From Clostridia bacterium (GTDB lineage Bacteria > Bacillota > Clostridia > Christensenellales > CAG-314): 64,000 nt of DNA. The stretch covers positions 3,518 through 67,517 of the forward strand of contig JAQVWG010000003.1 in assembly GCA_028698585.1 (NCBI GenBank), read 5' to 3'. The notes below the pieces were generated by a model, which had not been told where the DNA came from, made no database searches, and saw nothing but the letters and a program-made list of their open reading frames with translations. This document shows positions 20,406 to 29,005 of the stretch, one piece after another. The first letter of the stretch is position 1. Each line of letters begins with the position of its first letter. The translations under genes and the position numbers were made by a program.

Positions 20406-20587
20406 ATATAGAATTGTTGACCCCCGATTGTATCAGTAGTACGACACAGTGAATAAAATTACGACAATTGATAGGCTGTCCTCTATGCATTATCTACCTA
20501 TTTCCGACAGCGAACACAAAACACATATATTTTTGAGTAGATTTACCTATACACAGGCATCAATATTATTAAGGAGCAGTTATCTAA

Positions 20588-20851
20588 TTGACAAAAATTA
20601 AAGATAAATTATATAAGCGCGCGCTTGGTTACACCGTTAAGGAGAAGGCGGAGGATTACAGTGTAGTAGACGGAGAAATGCAACTGGTTAAGAAGCGCAT
20701 TATTACTAAACACATTCCACCCGATATAACGGCATACAAGATGATAGTGGACCAACAGATAGACTTAAGTGACTACACGGATGAGCACTTGGAGAGGGAA
20801 AAACAGCGATTATTGGAGCAATTAAGCACAAAAGGAGATAAAAATGACTAA
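20588..20851 (+). CDS. Terminase small subunit-like fragment (C-terminal part only)
   Basis: 87 aa. TTG start with AAGGAG 11 nt upstream. YKRALGYTVKE....VKKRIITKHIPPDITAYKMIV resembles the conserved ..A.GY.YEE...K..K.VPPDV.A block of Firmicute-phage TerS proteins as I recall them. No N-terminal HTH portion is present. Confidence 0.45.
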   Translation: MTKIKDKLYKRALGYTVKEKAEDYSVVDGEMQLVKKRIITKHIPPDITAYKMIVDQQIDLSDYTDEHLEREKQRLLEQLSTKGDKND

Positions 20852-22676
20852 CAATGATAAGTTCTACGGTGATTTAGTGCAAGAAATCAAAGAAGACTTT
20901 GAGCAACGACAACGGCAAAGGAGAGCATACGAGAATAGCTGGCAACTCAATATCAATTTTGTCTCAGGCAATCAATACTGCTCTGTTACGCCTCAAGGTG
21001 ATATTATTGAACAGGACAAGTATTATTACTGGCAGGAAAAACAAGTGTATAACCACATAGCGCCCATTGTGGAGACTAGAATGGCACGCCTGTCGCACAT
21101 TAGACCCAAGATGACTGTTAGGCCATTCTCCAACACAGATGAGGATATAGAGTCCAGTAAACTGGCAACCAAAATATTATGCGCGACAATGGAGTCTGTT
21201 AACTATGACAGGCTAATAGACAGTGCAACTGCGTGGAGCGAAGTTACGGGGACAGCATTCTATAAGGTAACGTGGGAGAGCCAATATGGACAAACACTTC
21301 TTGAGGATGGTAAGGAGTACAAGACAGGCGACGTAAGTATAACTGTATGTTCACCATTCGAGATATATCCTGACAGTAATGTGGCAGAGGACATAGAACA
21401 ATGCAACTCAATTATCCACGCTAAGGCGTATGATATCGCAGACATCAAGAGTATATGGGGTGTGGAAGTGCCAGGAGAAGATATCAAAGTGTTCGGTTAT
21501 GATGGTTCTGCATGTAATGGTGGATACGGATACAATTCTGCTACGCCGTTCGTGTGCGATGAGGTCAAAAAAAATCATGCAATCGTGATAGAAAGGTACA
21601 CTAAACCCTCACAGCAATACCCCAATGGGCAATTAACTATTATAGCTAGGGACAGCATACTGTATCACGGAGAGTTGCCATACATTGAGCACGGCATAAT
21701 TTATCCGTTCATTAAACAGGTATGCCATAGACAAGTAGGTTGCTTCTGGGGAAGTAGTATTGTGGAGCGCATTATTCCGCTTCAACGCAGTTATAACGCT
21801 ATCAAAAATAGGAAAAACGAGTTTCTTTCACGCATAGCAATGGGTGTGCTGACTGTGGAGGACGGCTCAGTAGATACAGACAATCTAGAGGAGGAGGGAC
21901 TATCCCCTGGAAAAGTGATTATATACCGGCAGGGTGCTAGTAAGCCTGCATTACTGGACGCAGGCAACGTGCCTAACGACTTCATGTATGAAGAGGATAG
22001 ATTGCTCAATGAGTTCATAGTCATATCAGGTGTCAGCGAACTAGCACGAAACTCCACTACTCCATCGCAGATAACCAGTGGCGTCGCACTGCAACTACTT
22101 ATTGAGCAGGACGAACAGCGCTTATCATCTACTGCTAATAATATCAAGATTGCCATTAAACAGATTGGTAAACACATAATCAATCTATATCGCCAGTATG
22201 CAACTGCACTAAGGCTAGCAAAGACTGTTAGCAATGACGGTAGTGTTGAGATATACTACTTTACTAACGCTGACCTAAGAAGCGATGATATCGTTTTCGA
22301 AACGGAGAACGAGATAACTGATAGCCCTGCCAACAGGCGAAATATCGTGATGGAACTATTGCGTTCAGGGTTATTACAGGACGAAAACGGTAAGATGAGA
22401 GAGAGCACCAAGGTCAAGGTAATGGAGATGTTGGGATTAGGCAACTGGGAGCATGCTAAGGATATCGAGAGCCTACACCTAGCTAGAGCAGACAAGGAGA
22501 ATCTAGAGATGACAACGGCTCAAGTGCCACTTACTGTCGATAACCATAACCTACATATTGATAGCCACATTGCTTATGTAATTGACATTAATAATCAGTT
22601 AAACGACAAGAGAAAGAGTGTGATTCTGGAGCATATAGCTATGCATAAGCAGTTGGCACAAGGGGGTATTGTATGA
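20844..22676 (+). CDS. Portal protein
   Basis: 610 aa. Start overlaps the upstream stop. Sits in the expected position between terminase and scaffold/capsid. N-terminal blocks are portal-like by recollection (SWQLNINFVSGNQY, NHIAPIVETRMARL). Confidence 0.75.
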   Translation: MTNNDKFYGDLVQEIKEDFEQRQRQRRAYENSWQLNINFVSGNQYCSVTPQGDIIEQDKYYYWQEKQVYNHIAPIVETRMARLSHIRPKMTVRPFSNTDEDIESSKLATKILCATMESVNYDRLIDSATAWSEVTGTAFYKVTWESQYGQTLLEDGKEYKTGDVSITVCSPFEIYPDSNVAEDIEQCNSIIHAKAYDIADIKSIWGVEVPGEDIKVFGYDGSACNGGYGYNSATPFVCDEVKKNHAIVIERYTKPSQQYPNGQLTIIARDSILYHGELPYIEHGIIYPFIKQVCHRQVGCFWGSSIVERIIPLQRSYNAIKNRKNEFLSRIAMGVLTVEDGSVDTDNLEEEGLSPGKVIIYRQGASKPALLDAGNVPNDFMYEEDRLLNEFIVISGVSELARNSTTPSQITSGVALQLLIEQDEQRLSSTANNIKIAIKQIGKHIINLYRQYATALRLAKTVSNDGSVEIYYFTNADLRSDDIVFETENEITDSPANRRNIVMELLRSGLLQDENGKMRESTKVKVMEMLGLGNWEHAKDIESLHLARADKENLEMTTAQVPLTVDNHNLHIDSHIAYVIDINNQLNDKRKSVILEHIAMHKQLAQGGIV

Positions 22677-23923
22677 AAAACGGCAAGTTCAAGAGTCATA
22701 CAGACCTAGTCAACAGTTATGATAATCTACAGAAGGCATTTACACGCAAGTGCCAGTATGTTAAGCAGTTGAGTAAACTGTTAACAGATGCAGATATACC
22801 GTTGCCGACCAATAGGAATAACCAGTTGAATATTGACAGCGATGTCGGCGCAGACTGTGGTGAAGGTGTGCATATTGGTGATGTTGATGTGTCTTGGCCT
22901 GTACATTATGACAACACCTTTGATAACGACAACACCGTTACTTGTGCAACCGAAGATACTGGAGGTGTTGTCGAACACAATCCAATAGATAATTTAATGC
23001 AAGCGCTGGACGAAAAGGATATTGCTACTATCAATAATGGTATAGACGCAGATGGTGACACTGTAGCTCGAAATAAGAAAAAAGGTATTACTGCGATCAA
23101 TTGCGATATAAACACAGACAGTAACTCTGTCGCTCAAGCACAAGAAATAGGTTGTACTTCAACTAGTATTGATACAGACGCAGACAGTGACGCCGTGGTA
23201 CAGGAGCAGGAGAAAAAGTGTTTAGCTACAATCAATAGTGATTCAGAAGCAGATAGTAACTCTGTCGCTCAAGCACAGGAAATAGGTTGCACTTCAACTA
23301 GTATTGATACAGACGCAGACAGTGACGCCGTGGTACACGAGCAGGAGAAGAAGTGTTTAGCTACAATCCATAGTGATATAGGCTCAGATAGTTACTCTGG
23401 CGTGCAGAATCAGGGAGCGACAGATTACACTGCAACTAATACCAATACAAACACGGATAGTAATGACGCAACGCAAAAGGGACAATCTTCGGTCGATACA
23501 CACATAGGCGCCTCGGCCGAAGTTGATTATATAAGTGGTACAAGCAGTCTGCCACCACGAGAGATGGACAAACAATCATTCTATAACAAGTATCCACTGG
23601 CAACATTGTTCAGCGATCAAATTGAAGCAGTATTGGACAACCCTGATGTTTCATTCTGCAATGACCGTAAAGAAGCGTTGCTCAATGTGTGTTGCGACAA
23701 GACTTTGCTGTATCATGCGCTGGCTGGCGACAAGGATTTTTGCGATTATATATGTAACAACGAACAGATTAAGCGCAGAATACTAGCTGATTACCTGATA
23801 GCGCTACAAAACAATCGTGTCGCACCGACAATTAAATCGGGGGCAAAGTTGCCACTATGTCCACCTCAAAGGCCCACAACTCTTAATGAAGCGAATAGAA
23901 TGGTCAAGCATTATATCGGCTAG
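22673..23923 (+). CDS. Scaffolding-like protein with an acidic repeat-containing centre
   Basis: 416 aa with an ATGA overlap to the portal gene. The N-terminus FKSHTDLVNSYDNLQKAFTRKCQ resembles scaffold N-termini. The D/S/T-rich middle contains a 45-aa tandem repeat. Positioned directly before the capsid gene. Confidence 0.55.
   Translation: MKNGKFKSHTDLVNSYDNLQKAFTRKCQYVKQLSKLLTDADIPLPTNRNNQLNIDSDVGADCGEGVHIGDVDVSWPVHYDNTFDNDNTVTCATEDTGGVVEHNPIDNLMQALDEKDIATINNGIDADGDTVARNKKKGITAINCDINTDSNSVAQAQEIGCTSTSIDTDADSDAVVQEQEKKCLATINSDSEADSNSVAQAQEIGCTSTSIDTDADSDAVVHEQEKKCLATIHSDIGSDSYSGVQNQGATDYTATNTNTNTDSNDATQKGQSSVDTHIGASAEVDYISGTSSLPPREMDKQSFYNKYPLATLFSDQIEAVLDNPDVSFCNDRKEALLNVCCDKTLLYHALAGDKDFCDYICNNEQIKRRILADYLIALQNNRVAPTIKSGAKLPLCPPQRPTTLNEANRMVKHYIG
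23113..23376 (+). repeat. In-frame tandem repeat, 2 x 135 bp (45 aa), inside the scaffold-like CDS
   Basis: ..DSNSVAQAQEIGCTSTSIDTDADSDAVV(Q/H)EQEKKCLATI(N/H)SD.. occurs twice. At the nucleotide level there are only a few substitutions. Confidence 0.9.
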
Positions 23924-24030
23924 GAGCAATCTTATATAACTATTGCTTATTAAGTGAATGTGGCACTAAACTATGCCGACACAGTACATTAAGATTTATT
24001 ACTATTGATGAATACGTGTTGGTTGGCGGT

Positions 24031-24057
24031 AGTTAAAGGGTGATACGCCCTTTAATT
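24031..24057 (+). promoter_or_regulatory. Stem-loop upstream of the capsid gene (arms AAAGGGTG / CGCCCTTT within a 12-bp stem)
   Basis: Inverted repeat read from the sequence. It shares arm sequence with the stem-loop at 25337-25379. Confidence 0.5.
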
Positions 24058-24156
24058 ACTGCTATGTGCGTACAGGTAACATTTGTACACACACGTTCGG
24101 CTACCCGTTAAGTGTGGTCAGAATCTAGAAGTAAATTAATTAACAAGGAGAATCAA

Positions 24157-25326
24157 ATGGTAACATTATCATCAGCAGACAATGCGCTCAAATCACTATA
24201 TCTCAATGTAGTGAGCGAACAACTCAATACCAAGACTAATCCTCTGCTCAACAGAATCGCACAGACCGAAAGTGACGTATGGGGTAAGGAAATAATCAAA
24301 CTAGCACCGTATGGCGTGAACGGTGGTATCGGAGCCGGAGGCGAAACGGACAATCTGCCCACTTCGGCTGAAAACAAGTATGCACGATTCGTATTAACGC
24401 TCAAGAATCTATATGGTACTATCGAGCTGTCGGATAAGGCAATCAGGGCGTCTCAAAACAATGCAGGCGCATTCGTCAACCTACTTAATGCAGAAATGGA
24501 CGGTCTGATTAAGGCCAGCAAGTTCAATTTTGGCCGTATGTTGTATGGAGACGGCACAGGCACACTGGCAACTATTGAATCAGTATCTGGCAACGTAATC
24601 ATTGTAGACAGTGTACAGTACCTAATGGAAGGTATGATGATCGATATCTGCACAAGTCTTGGTGTGGCTAGGTCGGGTTATACGTCAAGGCGAATAACAA
24701 GTATTGACAGAACAGACCTTGCAGTCACAGTGTCTGGTACAGCTATTGATGACGACGTAGTTGTCGCAACAGATATACTAGTAGTGCAGGGCAGTTATGG
24801 TAAAGAGCTGACTGGTCTTGGCGCAATATTCGGCAGTTCTGCTACCTTGTACGGCATAACAAGACAGGGTAACAACTGGCTGACACCATATACAGACACT
24901 ATGTCTACAGTAAGCGACGTAGACATACAGACAGCCATTGACCATGTAGAATCTGTCAGTGGAGGAGCAATCGACTTCATCGTATGCAGTTATGGTGTGC
25001 GCAGAGCATATCAAGCTTATTTAAGAACATCGGCGTCAAACATAGATGTACTTAATCTCGAAGGTGGCTATAAGGCAATATCATATAGTGGCATTCCTAT
25101 GGTAGCAGACAGATTCTGTCCGTCTAACACTATGTATCTACTGGATACTAAGGAGTTCAATCTGCACCAACTATGTGATTGGCGCTGGTTGGAGGGCGAA
25201 GAAGGACGCATACTCAAACAGAAGGCAGGTCAACCAGTATATACCGCAACATTAGTCAAATATGCTGATATGATATGTAACAAACCAATAGGTCAAGCAC
25301 AATTAACGAGTATCACAGAGGCATAG
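24157..25326 (+). CDS. Major capsid protein candidate (HK97-fold type)
   Basis: 389 aa from the ATG at 24157 (AAGGAG 6 nt upstream; the ORF-track start at 24112 lacks an RBS). Sits after the scaffold. The N-terminal ALKSLYLNVVSEQLN..NPLLNRI and G-rich loop resemble capsid families by recollection. Confidence 0.7.
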   Translation: MVTLSSADNALKSLYLNVVSEQLNTKTNPLLNRIAQTESDVWGKEIIKLAPYGVNGGIGAGGETDNLPTSAENKYARFVLTLKNLYGTIELSDKAIRASQNNAGAFVNLLNAEMDGLIKASKFNFGRMLYGDGTGTLATIESVSGNVIIVDSVQYLMEGMMIDICTSLGVARSGYTSRRITSIDRTDLAVTVSGTAIDDDVVVATDILVVQGSYGKELTGLGAIFGSSATLYGITRQGNNWLTPYTDTMSTVSDVDIQTAIDHVESVSGGAIDFIVCSYGVRRAYQAYLRTSASNIDVLNLEGGYKAISYSGIPMVADRFCPSNTMYLLDTKEFNLHQLCDWRWLEGEEGRILKQKAGQPVYTATLVKYADMICNKPIGQAQLTSITEA

Positions 25327-25336
25327 TTACTTATCG

Positions 25337-25379
25337 AAAGGGTGCAGGATACCTAATAATAGTGCTTCTTGCGCCCTTT
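25337..25379 (+). terminator. Stem-loop immediately after the capsid gene (13-bp stem aaagggtgcagga/tcttgcgcccttt, 17-nt loop)
   Basis: Read from the sequence, 11 nt after the stop. No strong U-tract, so it may be a partial terminator or an mRNA stabiliser. Confidence 0.45.
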
Positions 25380-25433
25380 ACCTTCGTTTAACGACAACAT
25401 AAAATAAAGGACATATTATATAAGGACGTATAT

Positions 25434-25754
25434 ATGGATAACATGATAGAAATTGTGAGCGATGTATTCGACATTGCCTGCTGGATACGTTCGCTGGGTA
25501 GTTACAAGGTGGTATACAACTTAGACAAAAGAGTTTTTCAGGTAAGAGATGCATACAGTAATGCGTTATGCGTAACGCTATATGACAGACTGGACTACAG
25601 AAGTGTCTATACGGTGTATAGCACTATGCGACAACATGCAGATGAGATATTCGCACTGGTAGAACGGCATAATGCTCAACTAGACAGGCAGGCAGAATAT
25701 AATGCACAGGTCAGATACGAGCAAACACTAGAGAATATAAGGAGAATGATATAA
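25434..25754 (+). CDS. Hypothetical protein in the phage-like cluster
   Basis: 106 aa. Its stop overlaps the next start by 1 nt (TAATG). Confidence 0.5.
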   Translation: MDNMIEIVSDVFDIACWIRSLGSYKVVYNLDKRVFQVRDAYSNALCVTLYDRLDYRSVYTVYSTMRQHADEIFALVERHNAQLDRQAEYNAQVRYEQTLENIRRMI

Positions 25755-26329
25755 TGAAAATGAGTCAATGTATACAACTGGCAGATTTGTTACTAAACAC
25801 GGAAATCGACACAGCGCTGTTTAGCAAGACGCAGATGGACGACCAGTTATCTACGGCTCTTGCTAACAAACCTTTATCACTGCTTGTCAGTTGCGCCAAC
25901 ATAGTGCTAGCTGAGATTGCCAACGAGTATGTGCCATTGGTGTATAAAGAAGATGTAAATTGTGTTAACGGCACAGTAGCGTACAGCACTTTTGCTAAAG
26001 ATATGTTATCTGTACTGCGTATAAGTGACAGTAACGGCGCAAGAGTGAGATACAGATACAGACCGGACGGGATAGATATAGACAGTAATAAAGTGTGCAC
26101 AGTGGTGTACTCATATAGACCTATATATGCTGATTTCCTTGATGATGTACAGGTAGGCAAGTCTGTTATAACTGAGCGAATAATAGCATTCGGAACTATT
26201 GCCGAGTACTACCTATTGACAGGTAAATATGAGGACGCAGTGTTGTGGGATAAGCGATATAAGGACAGTCTGCTGGCTGTATCAGGCAAAAAGGGCGAGA
26301 TTAGAGTCAAATCTCGACCGTTAATCTAG
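25754..26329 (+). CDS. Hypothetical protein (head-tail connector/adaptor suggested by position only)
   Basis: 191 aa, translationally coupled to the upstream ORF. No motif recognised. Confidence 0.5.
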   Translation: MKMSQCIQLADLLLNTEIDTALFSKTQMDDQLSTALANKPLSLLVSCANIVLAEIANEYVPLVYKEDVNCVNGTVAYSTFAKDMLSVLRISDSNGARVRYRYRPDGIDIDSNKVCTVVYSYRPIYADFLDDVQVGKSVITERIIAFGTIAEYYLLTGKYEDAVLWDKRYKDSLLAVSGKKGEIRVKSRPLI

Positions 26330-26348
26330 TGCGCGGGGAGAATGTATA

Positions 26349-27821
26349 ATGATTTATAATAAACCAATGCCTCTTAAACAGCGCACAATTAAGAGTACAC
26401 GGATAACATTCAGTAACCAAATAGATACGGTTACCGATCAGTTGGTATTAGCACAATCAGTAGGTGTAATCAGTTATAATACCAGTGGCGCCAAGGGCAG
26501 TCTATTGTCTGTGGGCGGAATGGGTAGATTATACTTAACTGATAGTATAACCAATCAACCAATAGCAGTAGACGCACCTATAGGATTAACGTATGTCAAG
26601 GGGTGGTATTATCGCAAATATAATGCGTTAAACTGTGTTTATGATGATAGTTTAATTATGCTGTGTTCTAACTATTATCTATACAAGTTGTCAGTAAGTG
26701 CGCCCGAAAACGGCTGGACGCAGATAGATAACTCACACTTCGACGCTATGCCTTGTGCAATTAACTACAAGTTGGGTGACGATGATATACTACTGTTGTC
26801 CAGTAGTCAAGATGACTTAACCGTATATGACGGCACAACAATCAGTACCGTTAGTACTGCGCCTAAAATAACGTCAATGTGCGTGCATTACGAAAGGCTG
26901 TTCGCAACAGGCGAAGACAACATACTGTGGTTTAGTGATGACTTGGACCCGACCAACTGGAATATCGGTATAGATCAGGCAGGTTATATCGAGTTCGCAG
27001 ATAACAAGGGAAAGCTACTTAAAGTTGTTAGTTTCCTAGATTATCTATACATATTCAGGCAATATGGTATAACTAGATTGACAGCGTATTCCTCTCAAGA
27101 GGATTTCACTGTTACGCAGTTATATACTACCAGTGCCGAGATAGTCGCAGATACGGTAGTGGTTTGCGGCGACAGAATACATTTCCTTGCAACTGACGGA
27201 CTCTATTCCTTTGACGGTATTAATACCACAAGAATACTGTCTAATCTAGATAATCTATTACAACGCGTCAACAGTAGTGCATGTGCCGAATATGCAGACG
27301 GTAAATATATGCTTGCATGCAAGTTGAATTACAATGACAGCGTGTCGATTGACAGTCTAGCTGATAATTATGCTAACAACACTTTGCTCAATTATGACTT
27401 TGTCAAAGGCATAGTGACTCTGTGTAGAGGTATGGATGTAAGACATATCACATTGTCTTATTATCAAGGGTTGCAAGGCATATTCATACTCGGTGGTCAA
27501 TATGCAGACAAGTTGCTTGTGCAGGAGGATAGTGGGTGCGTACTTGATAAGGCGCTACCCAAGTGTCATATCTGTCCAATAACTAACCTCGGCAACAGCG
27601 AAAAAGATAAAATTATAGACAAAATAACGTTGATGAGTATATATAACTGTACTCTATGTATCTGCGCGGATAATGTATGGCACTACTACGACATAACAGG
27701 CAGTAATAAGTACGTAACCCTACCCCTTGGGCTAATAGGCAACTTGTTCCAGTTCGCATTGATGAGCAATCAGGCTAGAATGGATGTCAAGTCCATTACT
27801 GTAGTTTTCTCGCTGTACTAA
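26349..27821 (+). CDS. Hypothetical large structural-type protein
   Basis: 490 aa with GGGGAG upstream. Rich in beta-strand-like repeats (..LYIFRQYGITRLT.., ..IHFLATDGLYSFDG..). No family recognised. Confidence 0.55.
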   Translation: MIYNKPMPLKQRTIKSTRITFSNQIDTVTDQLVLAQSVGVISYNTSGAKGSLLSVGGMGRLYLTDSITNQPIAVDAPIGLTYVKGWYYRKYNALNCVYDDSLIMLCSNYYLYKLSVSAPENGWTQIDNSHFDAMPCAINYKLGDDDILLLSSSQDDLTVYDGTTISTVSTAPKITSMCVHYERLFATGEDNILWFSDDLDPTNWNIGIDQAGYIEFADNKGKLLKVVSFLDYLYIFRQYGITRLTAYSSQEDFTVTQLYTTSAEIVADTVVVCGDRIHFLATDGLYSFDGINTTRILSNLDNLLQRVNSSACAEYADGKYMLACKLNYNDSVSIDSLADNYANNTLLNYDFVKGIVTLCRGMDVRHITLSYYQGLQGIFILGGQYADKLLVQEDSGCVLDKALPKCHICPITNLGNSEKDKIIDKITLMSIYNCTLCICADNVWHYYDITGSNKYVTLPLGLIGNLFQFALMSNQARMDVKSITVVFSLY

Positions 27822-27835
27822 GGGAGAGTAAAATA

Positions 27836-28996
27836 ATGGATTATGGAAAACTAGCATATATGAAAGTTGAGGACATCAATCGAAGACTCAATAATTATGC
27901 CAAAATTGTCGCAAGTAATAAGGGCAGCCGACTGGTATTCAACAGACAATGCATAAGTATAAGCACAGTCAACAACAGTATCGACATGTGGACGTATTTA
28001 CCCACAACTACCGATATAGAGATAGAGTTGATTGCGTCCACACTTGCCACTGACAGTGTTAGTATCAATGCTCGTATACTGCTCAACGATGTGGTGTGCT
28101 TGCCATTTACATGTCAGTTGCATAATGGCATTGTGGGACTAATCAACTGTGGTACGACCGTAACACAGGTGCAAGGGCTGTGCCATATAACATTACAATT
28201 CGATACCAATGTAGACTTCGAGTTAAACAGTCTTATGTTATCAGTATATGGGCAAGCATTGCAGAAGTACCAACGTAAACCCACACTGTGCTACACCAAT
28301 GATAGCGGAGTGGACTACTACGGTATAGTGCAGATACACACGCTGACTGTATATCAAACGAATCTGAGCACTGCGCCTACTATTATCGACCTAGGTCAAC
28401 TTGACATAAATCAAGCGCAAATACAATTCATCAATGGCGTGTTACATCTTATATACACAATCAATGGGAAATTGTACGTGTCAAGTTGTGTGGGAACAAT
28501 AGGTAGTGGAGTACTTATAGCCAGCAATATATCTCAGTTTTGTTGTTACAGCGTAAATGGGGTGCTGTATGTGTTTATAGTTGTCAAGAACAAACTGTAT
28601 TTAATTACAGTCGACAGTCAATATCATGCGTGTGCGCCCATACCGATAACACTGCCATACACTAATGCGCTAGACAGTATCAGTTGTTATGTTACAGCAG
28701 ACTCTATCTATTTAGTTACACAAGACAATAAGATTACTAGGCTGTATCGAACGAGCAGTGTTCAACAACCATTCGATATGTTGTCTGCACTTAGTTATGG
28801 ACAGCAGAAGGGTTGTTACGCAACCGATACACATCTGTACTGCACAATAGTAGTTAATTCGCTGTGTCTAAGCACTGACACGCTACTGACAGATTGTAGT
28901 ACAACTGCGCTCAGCAAGTGTTACTGTGAGGACGCATTACAGACAGGAGCAAACAGACTGATATTACAAGACGGTCTGACAATTCATTCGAATTAG
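27836..28996 (+). CDS. Hypothetical Cys-rich structural-type protein
   Basis: 386 aa with GGGAGAG upstream. Repeated motif NG.LY.. / ..LYL.T (INGKLYVSS, VNGVLYVFIV, NKLYLITV, DSIYLVTQ). Confidence 0.55.
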   Translation: MDYGKLAYMKVEDINRRLNNYAKIVASNKGSRLVFNRQCISISTVNNSIDMWTYLPTTTDIEIELIASTLATDSVSINARILLNDVVCLPFTCQLHNGIVGLINCGTTVTQVQGLCHITLQFDTNVDFELNSLMLSVYGQALQKYQRKPTLCYTNDSGVDYYGIVQIHTLTVYQTNLSTAPTIIDLGQLDINQAQIQFINGVLHLIYTINGKLYVSSCVGTIGSGVLIASNISQFCCYSVNGVLYVFIVVKNKLYLITVDSQYHACAPIPITLPYTNALDSISCYVTADSIYLVTQDNKITRLYRTSSVQQPFDMLSALSYGQQKGCYATDTHLYCTIVVNSLCLSTDTLLTDCSTTALSKCYCEDALQTGANRLILQDGLTIHSN

Positions 28997-29005
28997 GAGG
29001 ATTAG

